Assembly (NCBI RefSeq): GCF_964355755.1 | Contig: NC_092676.1 | Location: 13,192,771 to 13,256,770 of the forward strand | Source: Antedon mediterranea | Taxonomy: Eukaryota; Animalia; Echinodermata | Direction of reading: 5' to 3' | Length of the DNA: 64,000 bases | Part shown: piece after piece, positions 22,001-35,700 of the stretch | Position numbering within the stretch: the first letter of the stretch is position 1 | Layout of the letters: each line of letters opens with the position of its first letter | Notes under the pieces: model-generated | What the model saw: only the letters and a program-made list of their open reading frames with translations | What the model was told of the DNA's origin: nothing | The model's database searches: none | Program-made: the position numbers and the translations under genes

Positions 22001-25000
22001 AATCACATTTAAAACCGTTTTAGTGCATTTTGAGCATTTCGATAAAACTTTTCACACAAAAACATCAAAGTGCACAAAATAGCTTCAAATCGCATTTAGA
22101 GATGTTTTAGACCATTTTGTGCGTTTCGATAAAACTTTTCACACAAAAACATCAAAGTGCACAAAATAGCTTCAAATCGCATTTAGAGATGTTTTAGACC
22201 ATTTTGTGCGTTTCGATAAAACTTTTCACACAAAAACATCAAATTGCACAAAATAGCTTCAAATCGCATTTGGAGACGTTTTAGACCATTTTGTGCATTT
22301 CGAAAAAACTTTTTAACATAAAAACACCAAAGTGCTTAGAATAGCTTCAAATCGCATTTGGAGACGTTTTAAACCATTTTGTGCATTTCGATGAAACTTG
22401 GTTACACAAAAACATCAAAGTGCTTAAAATCACATTTGAAACCGTTTTAGAGCATTTTGAGCATTTCGATAAAACTTTTCACACAAAAACATCAAAGTGT
22501 ACAAAATAGCTTCAAATCACATTTGAAACCGTTTTAGACCATTTTGAGCATTTCGATAAAACTTTTCACACAAAAACATCAAAGTGTACAAAATAGCTTC
22601 AAATCGCATTTGGAGACGTTTTAGACCATTTTGTGCATTTCGATGAAACTTGGTTACACAAAAACATCAAAGTGCTTAAAATTACATTTGAAAGCGTTTT
22701 AGAGCATTTTGAGCATTTCGATAATACTTTTCACACAAAAACATCAAAGTGTACAAAATAGCTTCAAATCGCATTTGGAGACGTTTTAGACCATTTTGTG
22801 CATTTCGATGAAACTTGGTTACACAAAAACATCAAAGTGCTTAAAATCACATTTGAAACCGTTTTAGACCATTTTGAGCGTTTCGATAAAACTTTTCACA
22901 CAAATAAATCAGAGTGCACAAAATAGCTTCAAATCGCATTTGAAGACGTTTTAGACTATTTTGTGCATTTCGAAAAAATTTGTTAACATAAAAAGACCAA
23001 AGTGTTTAGAATATCTCCAAATCGCATTTGGAAACGTTTTAAACCATTTTGTGCATTTCGATGGAACTTGGTTACACAAAAACATCAAAGTGCTTAAAAT
23101 CACATTTAAAACCGTTTTAGAGCATTTTGAGCATTTCGATAAAACTTTTCACACAAAAACATCAAAGTGTACAAAATAGCTTCAAATCGCATTTAGAGAG
23201 GTTTTAGACCATTTTGTGCATTTCGATAAAACTTTTCACACAAAAACATCAAAGTGTACAAAATAGCTTCAAATCGCATTTAGAGACGTTTTAGACCATT
23301 TTGTGCATTTCGATAAAACTTTTCACACAAAAACATCAAATTGCACAACATAGCTTAATACCGTGTTTGTAATCGTTTTAAACCATTTTGAGCATGTCGA
23401 TAAAACTTTTTACAAAAAAAACATCAAAGTGCACAGAATAGCTTCAAATCGCATTTGGAGACGTTTTAAACCATTTTGTGCATTTCGATAAAACTTTTCA
23501 CATAAAAACAACAAAGTGTACAGAATAGCTTCAAATCGCATTTGGAGACGTTTTAGACCATTTTGTGCATTTCGATGAAACTTGGTTACACAAAAACATC
23601 AAAGTGCTTAAAATCACATTTGAAACCGTTTTAGAGCATTTTTAACATTTCGATAATACTTTTCACACAAAAACATCAAATTGCACAAAATAGCTTCAAA
23701 TCACATTTGGAGACGTTTTAGACCATTTTGTGCATTTCGATGAAACTTGGTTACACAAAAACATCAAAGTGCTTAAAATCACATTTGAAACCGTTTTAGA
23801 GCATTTTGAGCATTTCGATAAAACTTTTCACACAAAAAAATCAAACTGCACAAAATAGCTTCAAATCGTATTTGGAGAGGTTTTAGACCATTTTGTGCAT
23901 TTCGATAAAACTTTTCACACAAAAACATCAAAGTGTACAAAATAGCTTCAAATCGCATTTAGAGACGTTTTAGACCATTTTGTGCATTTCGATAAAACTT
24001 TTCACACAAAAACATCAAATTGCACAAAATAGCTTAATATCGTGTTTGAAAACGTTTTAAACCATTTTGAGCATGTCGATAAAACTTTTCACAAAAAAAT
24101 ATCAAAGTGCACAGAATATCTTCAAATCGCATTTAGAGACGTTTTAGACCATTTTGTGCATTTCGATGAAACTTGGTTACACAAAAACATCAAAGTGCTT
24201 AAAATCACATTTAAAACCGTTTTAGAGCGTTTTGAGCATTTCGATAAACTTTTTACACAAAAACATCAAAGTGCACAAAATAGCTTCAAATCGCATTTAG
24301 AGATGTTTTAGACCATTTTGTGCATTTCGATAAAACTTTTCACACAAAAACATCAAATTGCACAAAATAGCTTAATACCGTGTTTGAAATCATTTTAAAC
24401 CATTTTGAGCATGTCGATAAAACTTTTCACACAAAAACATCAAAGTGCACAGAATATCTTCAAATCGCATTTAGAGACGTTTTAGACCATTTTGTGCATT
24501 TCGAAAAAATTTGTTAACATAAAAAGACCAAAGTGTTTAGAATATCTCCAAATCGCATTTGGAGACGTTTTAGACCATTTTGTGCATTTCGATGAAACTT
24601 GGTTACACAAAAACATCAAAGTGCTTAAAATCACATTTGAAACCGTTTTAGAGCATTTTGAGCATTTCGATAAAACTTTTCACACAAAAACATCAAAGTG
24701 TACAAAATAGCTTCAAATCACATTTGAAACCGTTTTAGACCATTTTGAGCATTTCGATAAAACTTTTCACACAAAAACATCAAAGTGTACAAAATAGCTT
24801 CAATTCGCATTTTGAGACGTTTTAGACCATTTTGTGCATTTCGATGAAACTTGGTTACACAAAAACATCAAAGTGCTTAAAATCACATTTGAATCCGTTT
24901 TAGAGCATTTTTAGCATTTCGATAATACTTTTCACACAAAAACATCAAAGTGCACAAAATAGCTTCAAATCGCATTTGGGGACGTTTTAGACTATTTTGT

Positions 25001-27051
25001 ACATTTCGAAAAAATTTGTTAACATAAAAAGACCAAAGTGTTTAGAATATCTCCAATTCGCATTTGGAGACGTTTTAAACCATTTTGTGCATTTCGATGG
25101 AACTTGGTTACACAAAAACATCAAAGTGCTTAAAATCACATTTAAAACCGTTTTAGAGCATTTTTAGCATTTTGTTAAAACTTTTCACACAAAAAAATCA
25201 AAGTGTACAAAATAGCTTCAAATCGCATTTGGAGACGTTTTAGACCATTTTGTGCATTTCGATGAAACTTGGTTACACAAAAACATGAAATTGCTTAAAA
25301 TCACATTTGAAACCGTTTTAGACCATTTTGAGCATTTCGATAAAACTTTTCACACAAAAAAATCAAAGTGCACAAAATAGCTTCAAATCGCATTTGGAGA
25401 CGTTTTAGACTATTTTGTGCATTTTGAACAAATTTGTTAACATAAAAAGACCAAAGTGTTTAGAATATCTCCAAATCGCATTTGGAGACGTTTTAAACCA
25501 TTTTGTGCATTTCGATGGAACTTGGTTACACAAAAACATCAAAGTGCTTAAAATCACATTTAAAACCGTTTTAGAGCATTTTGAGCATTTCGATAAAACT
25601 TTTCACACAAAAACATCAAATTGCACAAAATAGCTTAATACCGTGTTTGAAATCGTTTTAAACCATTTTGAGCATGTCGATAAAACTTTACACAAAAAAA
25701 CATCAAAGTGCACAGAATAGCTTCAAATCGCATTTGGAGACGTTTTAAACCATTTTGTGAATTTCGATATTCATATATATTCATATTCACATAAAAACAA
25801 CAAAGTGTACAAAATAGCTTCAAATCGCATTTAGAGACGTTTTAGACCATTTTGGGCATTTCGATGAAACTTGGTTACACAAATACATAAAAATGCTTAA
25901 AATCACATTTCAAACCGTTTTAGAGCATTTTGAGCATTTCGATAAAACTTTTCACACAAAAACATCAAAGTGCACAAAATAGCTTCAAATCGCATTTAGA
26001 GATGTTTTAGACCATTTTGTGCAATTCGATAAAACTTTTCACACAAAAACATCAAATTGCACAAAATAGCTTAATATCGTGTTTGAAAACGTTTTAGACC
26101 ATTTTGAGCATGTCGATAAAACTTTTCACACAAAAACATAAAAGTGAACAGAATAGCTTCAAATTGCATTTGGAGACGTTTTAGAGCATTTTGTGCATTT
26201 CGATAAAATGTGTTAACATAAAAAGACCAAAGTGTTTAGAATATCTTCAAATCACATTTGGAGACGTTTTAGACCATTTTTTGCATTTCGATGAAACTTG
26301 GTTACACAAAAACATCAAAGTGCTTAAAATCACATTTAAAACCGTTTTAGAGCATTTTGAGCATTTCGATAAAACTTTTCACACAAAAACATCAAAGTGT
26401 ACAAAATAGCTTCAAATCGCATTTAGAGAGGTTTTAGACCATTTTGTGCATTTCGATAAAACTTTTCACACAAAAACATCAAAGTGTACAAAATAACTTC
26501 AAATCGTATTTAGAGACGTTTTAGACCATTTTGTGCATTTTGATAAAACTTTTCACACAAAAACATCAAATTGCACAAAATAGCTTAATATCGTGTTTGA
26601 AAACGTTTTAAACCATTTTGAGCATGTCGATAAAACTTTTCACACAAAAATATCAAAGTGCACAGAATATCTTCAAATCGCATTTAGAGACGTTTTAGAC
26701 CATTTTGTGCATTTCGAAAAAATTTGTTAACATAAAAAGACCAAAGTGTTTAGAATATCTCCAAATCGCATTTGGAGACGTTTTAGACCATTTTGTGTTT
26801 TTCGAAAAAACTTTTCACACAAAAACATCAAAGTGTACAAAATTCCTTCAAATCGCATTTGGAGACGTTTTAGACCATTTTGTGATTTTCGAAAAACTTT
26901 TCACACAAAAACATCAAAGTGTAGAAAATTGCTTCAAATCGCATTTAGAGATGTTTTAGATCATTTTGTGCATTTCGAAAAAATTTGTTAACATAAAAAG
27001 ACCAAAGTGTTTAGAATATCTCCAAATCGCATTTGGAGACGTTTTAGACCA
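10018..27051. repeat. Satellite DNA array, segment 2
   Basis: Same monomer families and the same orientation as segment 1. Confidence 0.98.
16350..27050 (+). repeat. About 5.0-5.27-kb higher-order tandem duplication within the satellite (boundaries approximate)
   Basis: Constant offsets between variant-marked monomers: 18777/24042 and 19227/24492 (5265); 20149/25415, 20925/26191 and 21700/26966 (5266); 16428/21439 (5011, about one 253-bp trimer shorter). Confidence 0.8.
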
Positions 27052-27074
27052 GATACAGATACAGATAAAGATAA
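27051..27074 (-). repeat. LINE 3' tandem-repeat tail (KTATCT)4, preceded by AATAAA (27077-27082, minus strand)
   Basis: Plus strand reads AGATAC AGATAC AGATAA AGATAA. Confidence 0.85.
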
Positions 27075-27121
27075 CTTTTATTGTCCAAATAAACTGGAAA
27101 TTGCATTTGCTCACTTATCAC

Positions 27122-27156
27122 ATAAAAATATCGTATAAAAATATCGTATAAAAATA
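27122..27156. repeat. 13-bp tandem repeat in the LINE 3' UTR
   Basis: ATAAAAATATCGT twice, followed by ATAAAAATA. Confidence 0.8.
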
Positions 27157-27341
27157 AAGTATAAAATGCAGAATAACAATATAAAAATACACAATGATTA
27201 AAAAAGTACATCATAAAATTACAGCTCAAAAATATTTAAGTTAAAAATACAGATCATTACAAAACGGTTTAAAAAGTGTCTTATATTTCATTATTAATTA
27301 TTATATTATATTATTTATTATTGTTATCAAAATTATTGTAG

Positions 27342-29738
27342 TTACCTCTTAAAGTCATCGTTAAATTTTTTAATCCCAGCTGGGAGAAACGAATTTGAGT
27401 ATCGACCCGTCCGCGCCAACACCGGCCTCAGTCTACCACTTCTACCAATGTGGCAGCGAAGAAGATCCGAATGAAGGGGGTGGCTTTCCTCCTCCATGAC
27501 CGCCTGTAAACCATTTTTCAATCGTTCTCCGTAGTGACAATCGTAGACTGAGTCCGCTGTCAGCGCCGACGAGCCAATCACTCTTAATGCCCTTTCTAAC
27601 ACTTTACATATGCGGCCCTTATCTCCTTTGTTTATGTTCCCACCCCAGCCTAATAGGCAATAATCCCAGATTGAATAAATAACAGATGAATAAAACATAG
27701 TAAGTATCTCTTCCCTTACCCTAAAAACGTTCATTTTCCTCAAACAGTACAGTCTAGTATTTAATTTTTTAATTAGTTGATCTACATGCTCTCCCCATGA
27801 TAAATTATTGTCATACGTTACCCCAAGATACTTATATGTTTTAACGATTTCTACCTCATGTCCTTTAATCTGGACAGGCTCAATTTCCCTTCTTTTTTTA
27901 CGGCGGAAATCTATTCGCATTTCTTTGGTTTTTGCTACATTAAGTTCCAGGAAATTTTCATCACAGTATTTCGTAAACCTAACTATTTCAGATTTGAAAT
28001 TTGTATCGTCATCCTCTTTTATTAAACCTATCATAGCAGAATCATCTGCAAATTTAATTACTGGACAGTCCGGGAATCTAGGTTTGAAATCTGACGTATA
28101 CAATGTGAACAAAAACGGTGCAAGTACAGTACCTTGTGGTGCTCCCGTATTTGTCCGAATAATGTCCGATCTGACATTTTGATTTAGCCTAACAAACTGG
28201 AGACGTCCAACGAGGAAGTTAAAAACGAACGAAATTAGTAAATTGGGGATATTCATGCCGAACAACTTATTAATTAAAATGTGTGGTTGGATGGTATTAA
28301 AAGCTGAACTAAAGTCGAAGTACATAATCCTAACAGACGGGGATGTTCTCCAATTGTCAAGATGGGCATACATTTTTTCATTTTTGTATATTAATGCGTC
28401 TTCAGTGTTCCTGTTTCTCCGATAAGCGAACTGATGTGGGTCCAAAAAATCTGCAACTAATGGTTTCAGGCTTTTTAGAACAATCTTTTCACAGACTTTC
28501 ATTGGGACGGATGTTAGCGCAACAGGTCTAAGATCGTTATAACACTGTATATTTTGTCGTTTAGGGATTGGGATGATGCATGACGTTTTCCAGGATTCTG
28601 GCAAGGTTTGTGTTTCAAAAATCAAGTTAAAAATATATACAAAAATATCTGCCAATTGGGTTGCGCATAATTTAAGAACTTTGGGTAGAATTTGGTCTGG
28701 TCCAGCTGATTTGGATGCTTTCAGACCTTTAAAGTGGCTGGTAACTTCATCCGCATTTGTCTTAAGGTCAAAACCACTTTCATCTGGTAAGGCCAACCTA
28801 CTTTTGATTAAGATCTGTTCATCAGAAAAATTATAGCGATCGAACCTATTAAAAAAAGTATTTAATTCATTAGCATATTGTTTAGTCAAATTTGACACAA
28901 TTCCACTTCCTTGTGGTGATTTTGCATATCCGCTCATTTGCCTCATTCCCCTCCAAACCTTACTCATATCATTACCTACAAAATGTTCTTCTATTTCACG
29001 TTTGTACTTTAGTTTACTTTTACGTATTACTCGTTTAAGTTCCTTTTGGATTTTATTTAGTTCATTTACATCACCTCGATCGAAGGCCTGTCTCTTTTTC
29101 TTAATAACATCTGTCACCTCCCTATTTATCCATGGTTTACGGTTTCCGTAGATTTTTACTTTCCTTTTTGGTATTACATTTTCAGTACAAAAGTTAATAT
29201 ATGCACTGACCGCTTCCGTTACCTCGTCTGACCCGTTTGAATTTTCCGTAAAAACACTCCAGTCCGTAGTTTCAAATTCGCATTTCAGCTGTTCTATTGC
29301 ATCTTGAGTCCACTTCTTTACAGTAATTACCCTGGGTTTCTGCCGTTGTACTAATGGACGATACTTGGGTTGTAGTATAATTAAATTATGGTCAGATTTA
29401 CCAAGTTTCGGCAATTTTCTTGCTAAATATGCGTGTTTTACGTTTGAATAACATACGTCAAGGGTAACAGATTCCCGCGTGCTGCACTTCACATGTTGGT
29501 AATAGTAAACGCTACTCTTTTTTAGGGTACAATGATTAAAGTCTCCATTTATTACAATATATGCGTCAGGGGAAGCCGTTTCAATTTCCGCTATAACTAC
29601 GGTTAGTTCTCTTTGTGCTTCCTTGGCCAGATTTTTGTTTGGTATGTATACAACCACTAAAACAACATGTGAAAATTCCCTCGGTATGTAGAACGGACGT
29701 ATTGAGAGTACCATTATTTCAACGTTAGGCGAGCAGCT
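27342..29738 (-). CDS. LINE ORF2, N-terminally truncated: C-terminal half of AP endonuclease plus complete RT
   Basis: APE motifs VYIP, GDFNH, TLDVCYSN, LGKSDHNL. RT motifs LRPVALTS, FDFSSAFNTI, GAPQGTVLAPFLFTLY, KFADD, LNVAKTKEM, YKYLG. C-terminal SHPL...RSGR...RYSNSFLP. No stops or frameshifts. The first 9 or so residues of the track ORF are satellite-derived. Confidence 0.9.
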   Translation of the reverse strand, partial: SCSPNVEIMVLSIRPFYIPREFSHVVLVVVYIPNKNLAKEAQRELTVVIAEIETASPDAYIVINGDFNHCTLKKSSVYYYQHVKCSTRESVTLDVCYSNVKHAYLARKLPKLGKSDHNLIILQPKYRPLVQRQKPRVITVKKWTQDAIEQLKCEFETTDWSVFTENSNGSDEVTEAVSAYINFCTENVIPKRKVKIYGNRKPWINREVTDVIKKKRQAFDRGDVNELNKIQKELKRVIRKSKLKYKREIEEHFVGNDMSKVWRGMRQMSGYAKSPQGSGIVSNLTKQYANELNTFFNRFDRYNFSDEQILIKSRLALPDESGFDLKTNADEVTSHFKGLKASKSAGPDQILPKVLKLCATQLADIFVYIFNLIFETQTLPESWKTSCIIPIPKRQNIQCYNDLRPVALTSVPMKVCEKIVLKSLKPLVADFLDPHQFAYRRNRNTEDALIYKNEKMYAHLDNWRTSPSVRIMYFDFSSAFNTIQPHILINKLFGMNIPNLLISFVFNFLVGRLQFVRLNQNVRSDIIRTNTGAPQGTVLAPFLFTLYTSDFKPRFPDCPVIKFADDSAMIGLIKEDDDTNFKSEIVRFTKYCDENFLELNVAKTKEMRIDFRRKKRREIEPVQIKGHEVEIVKTYKYLGVTYDNNLSWGEHVDQLIKKLNTRLYCLRKMNVFRVREEILTMFYSSVIYSIWDYCLLGWGGNINKGDKGRICKVLERALRVIGSSALTADSVYDCHYGERLKNGLQAVMEEESHPLHSDLLRCHIGRSGRLRPVLARTGRYSNSFLPAGIKKFNDDFKR

Positions 29739-32700
29739 GTTTTTGTGCATTTCGATGACACTTTTCACACAAAAAAATCAAAGTGCACAAAATAGCTTCA
29801 AATCGCATTTGGAGACGTTTTAGACTATTTTGTGCATTTTGAAAAAATTTGTTAACATAAAAAGACCAAAGTGTTTAGAATATCTCCAAATCGCATTTGG
29901 AGACGTTTTAAACCATTTTGTGCATTTCGATGGAACTTGGTTACACAAAAACATCAAAGTGCTTAAAATCACATTTAAAACCGTTTTAGAGCATTTTGAG
30001 CATTTCGATAAAACTTTTCACACAAAAACATCAAATTGCACAAAATAGCTTAATACCGTGTTTGAAATCGTTTTAAACCATTTTGAGCATGTCGATAAAA
30101 CTTTACACAAAAAAACATCAAAGTACACAGAATAGCTTCAAATCGCATTTGGAGACGTTTTAAACCATTTTGTGCATTTCGATAAAACTTTTCACATAAA
30201 AACAACAAAGTGTACAAAATAGCTTCAAATCGCATTTAGAGACGTTTTAGACCATTTTGGGCATTTCGATGAAACTTGGTTACACATATACATAAAAATG
30301 CTTAAAATCACATTTCAAACCGTTTTAGAGCATTTTGAGCATTTCGATAAAACTTTTCACACAAAAACATCAAAGTGCACAAAATAGCTTCAAATCGCAT
30401 TTAGAGATGTTTTAGACCATTTTGTGCAATTCGATAAAACTTTTCACACAAAAACATCAAATTGCACAAAATAGCTTAATATCGTGTTTGAAAACGTTTT
30501 AGACCATTTTGAGCATGTCGATAAAACTTTTCACACAAAAACATAAAAGTGAACAGAATAGCTTCAAATTGCATTTGGAGACGTTTTAGAGCATTTTGTG
30601 CATTTCGATAAAATGTGTTAACATAAAAAGACCAAAGTGTTTAGAATATCTTCAAATCACATTTGGAGACGTTTTAGACCATTTTTTGCATTTCGATGAA
30701 ACTTGGTTACACAAAAACATCAAAGTGCTTAAAATCACATTTAAAACCGTTTTAGAGCATTTTGAGCATTTCAATAAAACTTTTCACACAAAAACATCAA
30801 AGTGTACAAAATAGCTTCAAATCGCATTTAGAGAGGTTTTAGACCATTTTGTGCATTTCGATAAAACTTTTCACACAAAAACATCAAATTGCACAAAATA
30901 GCTTAATACCGTGTTTGAAATCGTTTTAAACCATTTTGAGCATGTCGATAAAACTTTTCACACAAAAATATCAAAGTGCACAGAATATCTTCAAATCGCA
31001 TTTAGAGACGTTTTAGACCATTTTGTGCATTTCGAAAAAATTTGTTAACATAAAAAGACCAAAGTGTTTAGAATATCTCCAAATCGCATTTGGAGACGTT
31101 TTAGACCATTTTGTGTTTTTCGAAAAAACTTTTCACACAAAAACATCAAAGTGTACAAAATTCCTTCAAATCGCATTTGGAGACGTTTTAGACCATTTTG
31201 TGATTTTCGAAAAACTTTTCACACAAAAACATCAAAGTGTAGAAAATTGCTTCAAATCGCATTTAGAGATGTTTTAGACCATTTTGTGCATTTCGAAAAA
31301 ATTTGTTAACATAAAAAGACCAAAGTGTTTAGAATATCTCCAAATCGCATTTGGAGACGTTTTAGACCATTTTGTGCATTTCGATGACACTTGGTTACAC
31401 AAAAACATCAAAGTGCTTAAAATCACATTTAAAACCGTTTTAGAGCGTTTTGAGCATTTCGATAAACTTTTCAAACAAAAACATCAAAGTGTACAAAATA
31501 GCTTCAAATCGTATTTGGAGACGTTTTAGACCATTTTGTGCGTTTCGATGAATCTTGGTTACACAAAAACATCAAAGTGCTTAAAATCACATTTAAAACC
31601 GTTTTAGTGCATTTTGAGCATTTCGATAAAACTTTTCACACAAAAACATCAAAGTGCACAAAATAGCTTCAAATCGCATTTAGAGATGTTTTAGACCATT
31701 TTGTGCGTTTCGATAAAACTTTTCACACAAAAACATCAAATTGCACAAAATAGCTTAAAATCGTGTTTGAAAACGTTTTAGACCATTTTGAGCATGTCGA
31801 TAAAACTTTTCACACAAAAACATAAAAGTGCACAGAATAGCTTCAAATCGCATTTGGAGACGTTTTAGACCATTTTGTGCATTTCGAAAAAACTTTTTAA
31901 CATAAAAACACCAAAGTGCTTAGAATAGCTTCAAATCGCATTTGGAGACGTTTTAGACCATTTTGTGCATTTCGATGAAACTTGGTTACACAAAAACATC
32001 AAAGTGCTTAAAATCACATTTGAAACCGTTTTAGAGCATTTTGAGCATTTCGATAAAACTTTTCACACAAAAACATCAAAGTGTACAAAATAGCTTCAAA
32101 TCACATTTGAAACCGTTTTAGACCATTTTGAGCATTTCGATAAAACTTTTCACACAAAAACATCAAAGTGTACAAAATAGCTTCAAATCGCATTTGGAGA
32201 CGTTTTAGACCATTTTGTGCATTTCGATGAAACTTGGTTACACAAAAACATCAAAGTGCTTAAAATTACATTTGAAAGCGTTTTAGAGCATTTTGAGCAT
32301 TTCGATAATACTTTTCACACAAAAACATCAAAGTGTACAAAATAGCTTCAAATCGCATTTGGAGACGTTTTAGACCATTTTGTGCATTTCGATGAAACTT
32401 GGTTACACAAAAACATCAAAGTGCTTAAAATCACATTTGAAACCGTTTTAGACCATTTTGAGCGTTTCGATAAAACTTTTCACACAAATAAATCAGAGTG
32501 CACAAAATAGCTTCAAATCGCATTTGGAGACGTTTTAGACTATTTTGTGCAATTCGAAAAAATTTGTTAACATAAAAAGACCAAAGTGTTTAGAATATCT
32601 CCAAATCGCATTTGGAGACGTTTTAAACCATTTTGTGCATTTCGATGGAACTTGGTTACACAAAAACATCAAAGTGCTTAAAATCACATTTAAAACCGTT

Positions 32701-35700
32701 TTAGAGCATTTTGAGCATTTCGATAAAACTTTTCACACAAAAACATCAAAGTGTACAAAATAGCTTCAAATCGCATTTAGAGAGGTTTTAGACCATTTTG
32801 TGCATTTCGATAAAACTTTTCACACAAAAACATCAAAGTGTACAAAATAGCTTCAAATCGCATTTAAAGACGTTTTAGACCATTTTGTGCATTTCGATAA
32901 AACTTTTCACACAAAAACATCAAATTGCACAACATAGCTTAATACCGTGTTTGTAATCGTTTTAAACCATTTTGAGCATGTCGATAAAACTTTTTACAAA
33001 AAAACATCAAAGTGCACAGAATAGCTTCAAATCGCATTTGGAGACGTTTTAAACCATTTTGTGCATTTCGATGAAACTTGGTTACACAAAAACATCAAAG
33101 TGCTTAAAATCACATTTGAAACCGTTTTAGAGCATTTTTAACATTTCGATAATACTTTTCACACAAAAACATCAAATTGCACAAAATAGCTTCAAATCAC
33201 ATTTGGAGACGTTTTAGACCATTTTGTGCATTTCGATGAAACTTGGTTACACAAAAACATCAAAGTGCTTAAAATCACATTTGAAACCGTTTTAGAGCAT
33301 TTTGAGCATTTCGATAAAACTTTTCACACAAAAAAATCAAACTGCACAAAATAGCTTCAAATCGTATTTGGAGAGGTTTTAGACCATTTTGTGCATTTCG
33401 ATAAAACTTTTCACACAAAAACATCAAAGTGTACAAAATAGCTTCAAATCGCATTTAGAGACGTTTTAGACCATTTTGTGCATTTCGATAAAACTTTTCA
33501 CACAAAAACATCAAATTGCACAAAATAGCTTAATATCGTGTTTGAAAACGTTTTAAACCATTTTGAGCATGTCGATAAAACTTTTCACAAAAAAATATCA
33601 AAGTGCACAGAATATCTTCAAATCGCATTTGGAGACGTTTTAGACCATTTTGTGCATTTCGATGAAACTTGGTTACACAAAAACATCAAAGTGCTTAAAA
33701 TCACATTTAAAACCGTTTTAGAGCGTTTTGAGCATTTCGATAAACTTTTTACACAAAAACATCAAAGTGCACAAAATAGCTTCAAATCGCATTTAGAGAT
33801 GTTTTAGACCATTTTGTGCATTTCGATAAAACTTTTCACACAAAAACATCAAATTGCACAAAATAGCTTAATACCGTGTTTGAAATCATTTTAAACCATT
33901 TTGAGCATGTCGATAAAACTTTTCACACAAAAACATCAAAGTGCACAGAATATCTTCAAATCGCATTTAGAGACGTTTTAGACCATTTTGTGCATTTCGA
34001 AAAAATTTGTTAACATAAAAAGACCAAAGTGTTTAGAATATCTCCAAATCGCATTTGGAGACGTTTTAGACCATTTTGTGCATTTCGATGAAACTTGGTT
34101 ACACAAAAACATCAAAGTGCTTAAAATCACATTTGAAACCGTTTTAGAGCATTTTGAGGATTTCGATAAAACTTTTCACACAAAAACATCAAAGTGTACA
34201 AAATAGCTTCAAATCACATTTGAAACCGTTTTAGACCATTTTGAGCATTTCGATAAAACTTTTCACACAAAAACATCAAAGTGTACAAAATAGCTTCAAT
34301 TCGCATTTTCAGACGTTTTAGACCATTTTGTGCATTTCGATGAAACTTGGTTACACAAAAACATCAAAGTGCTTAAAATCACATTTGAATCCGTTTTAGA
34401 GCATTTTTAGCATTTCGATAATACTTTTCACACAAAAACATCAAAGTGTACAAAATAGCTTCAAATCGCATTTGGAGACGTTTTAGACCATTTTGTGCAT
34501 TTCGATGAAACTTGGTTACACAAAAACATCAAAGTGCTTAAAATCACATTTGAAACCGTTTTAGACCATTTTGAGCATTTCGATAAAACTTTTCACACAA
34601 AAAAATCAAAGTGCACAAAATAGCTTCAAATCGCATTTGGGGACGTTTTAGACTATTTTGTGCATTTCGAAAAAATTTGTTAACATAAAAAGACCAAAGT
34701 GTTTAGAATATCTCCAAATCGCATTTGGAGACGTTTTAAACCATTTTGTGCATTTCGATGGAACTTGGTTACACAAAAACATCAAAGTGCTTAAAATCAC
34801 ATTTAAAACCGTTTTAGAGCATTTTTAGCATTTTGATAAAACTTTTCACACAAAAACATCAAAGTGTACAAAATAGCTTCAAATCGCATTTGGAGACGTT
34901 TTAGACCATTTTGTGCATTTCGATGAAACTTGGTTACACAAAAACATGAAATTGCTTAAAATCACATTTGAAACCGTTTTAGACCATTTTGAGCATTTCG
35001 ATAAAACTTTTCACACAAAAAAATCAAAGTGCACAAAATAGCTTCAAATCGCATTTGGAGACGTTTTAGACTATTTTGTGCATTTTGAACAAATTTGTTA
35101 ACATAAAAAGACCAAAGTGTTTAGAATATCTCCAAATCGCATTTGGAGACGTTTTAAACCATTTTGTGCATTTCGATGGAACTTGGTTACACAAAAACAT
35201 CAAAGTGCTTAAAATCACATTTAAAACCGTTTTAGAGCATTTTGAGCATTTCGATAAAACTTTTCACACAAAAACATCAAATTGCACAAAATAGCTTAAT
35301 ACCGTGTTTGAAATCGTTTTAAACCATTTTGAGCATGTCGATAAAACTTTACACAAAAAAACATCAAAGTGCACAGAATAGCTTCAAATCGCATTTGGAG
35401 ACGTTTTAAACCATTTTGTGCATTTCGATATTCATATATATTCATATTCACATAAAAACAACAAAGTGTACAAAATAGCTTCAAATCGCATTTAGAGACG
35501 TTTTAGACCATTTTGGGCATTTCGATGAAACTTGGTTACACAAATACATAAAAATGCTTAAAATCACATTTCAAACCGTTTTAGAGCATTTTGAGCATTT
35601 CGATAAAACTTTTCACACAAAAACATCAAAGTGCACAAAATAACTTCAATTCGTATTTAGAGACGTTTTAGACCATTTTGTGCATTTTGATAAAACTTTT

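Larger units (their letters stand above)
27051..29740 (-). mobile_element. 5'-truncated non-LTR retrotransposon (LINE), Rex1/Babar-like (CR1/L2 group)
   Basis: Partial APE plus RT ORF. AT-rich 3' UTR ends (minus strand) CAATTTCCAGTTTATTTGGACAATAAAAG-TTATCT-TTATCT-GTATCT-GTATCT. The RPFYIPREF endonuclease motif and this style of 3' end are typical of Rex1/Babar. No TSD. Confidence 0.9.

Noticed and set aside
29739-29768. N-terminus MKSVIEMHK of the 808-aa ORF as a genuine start
   Set aside because: It is read from flanking satellite. The LINE is truncated in the middle of the endonuclease and lacks its 5' end.
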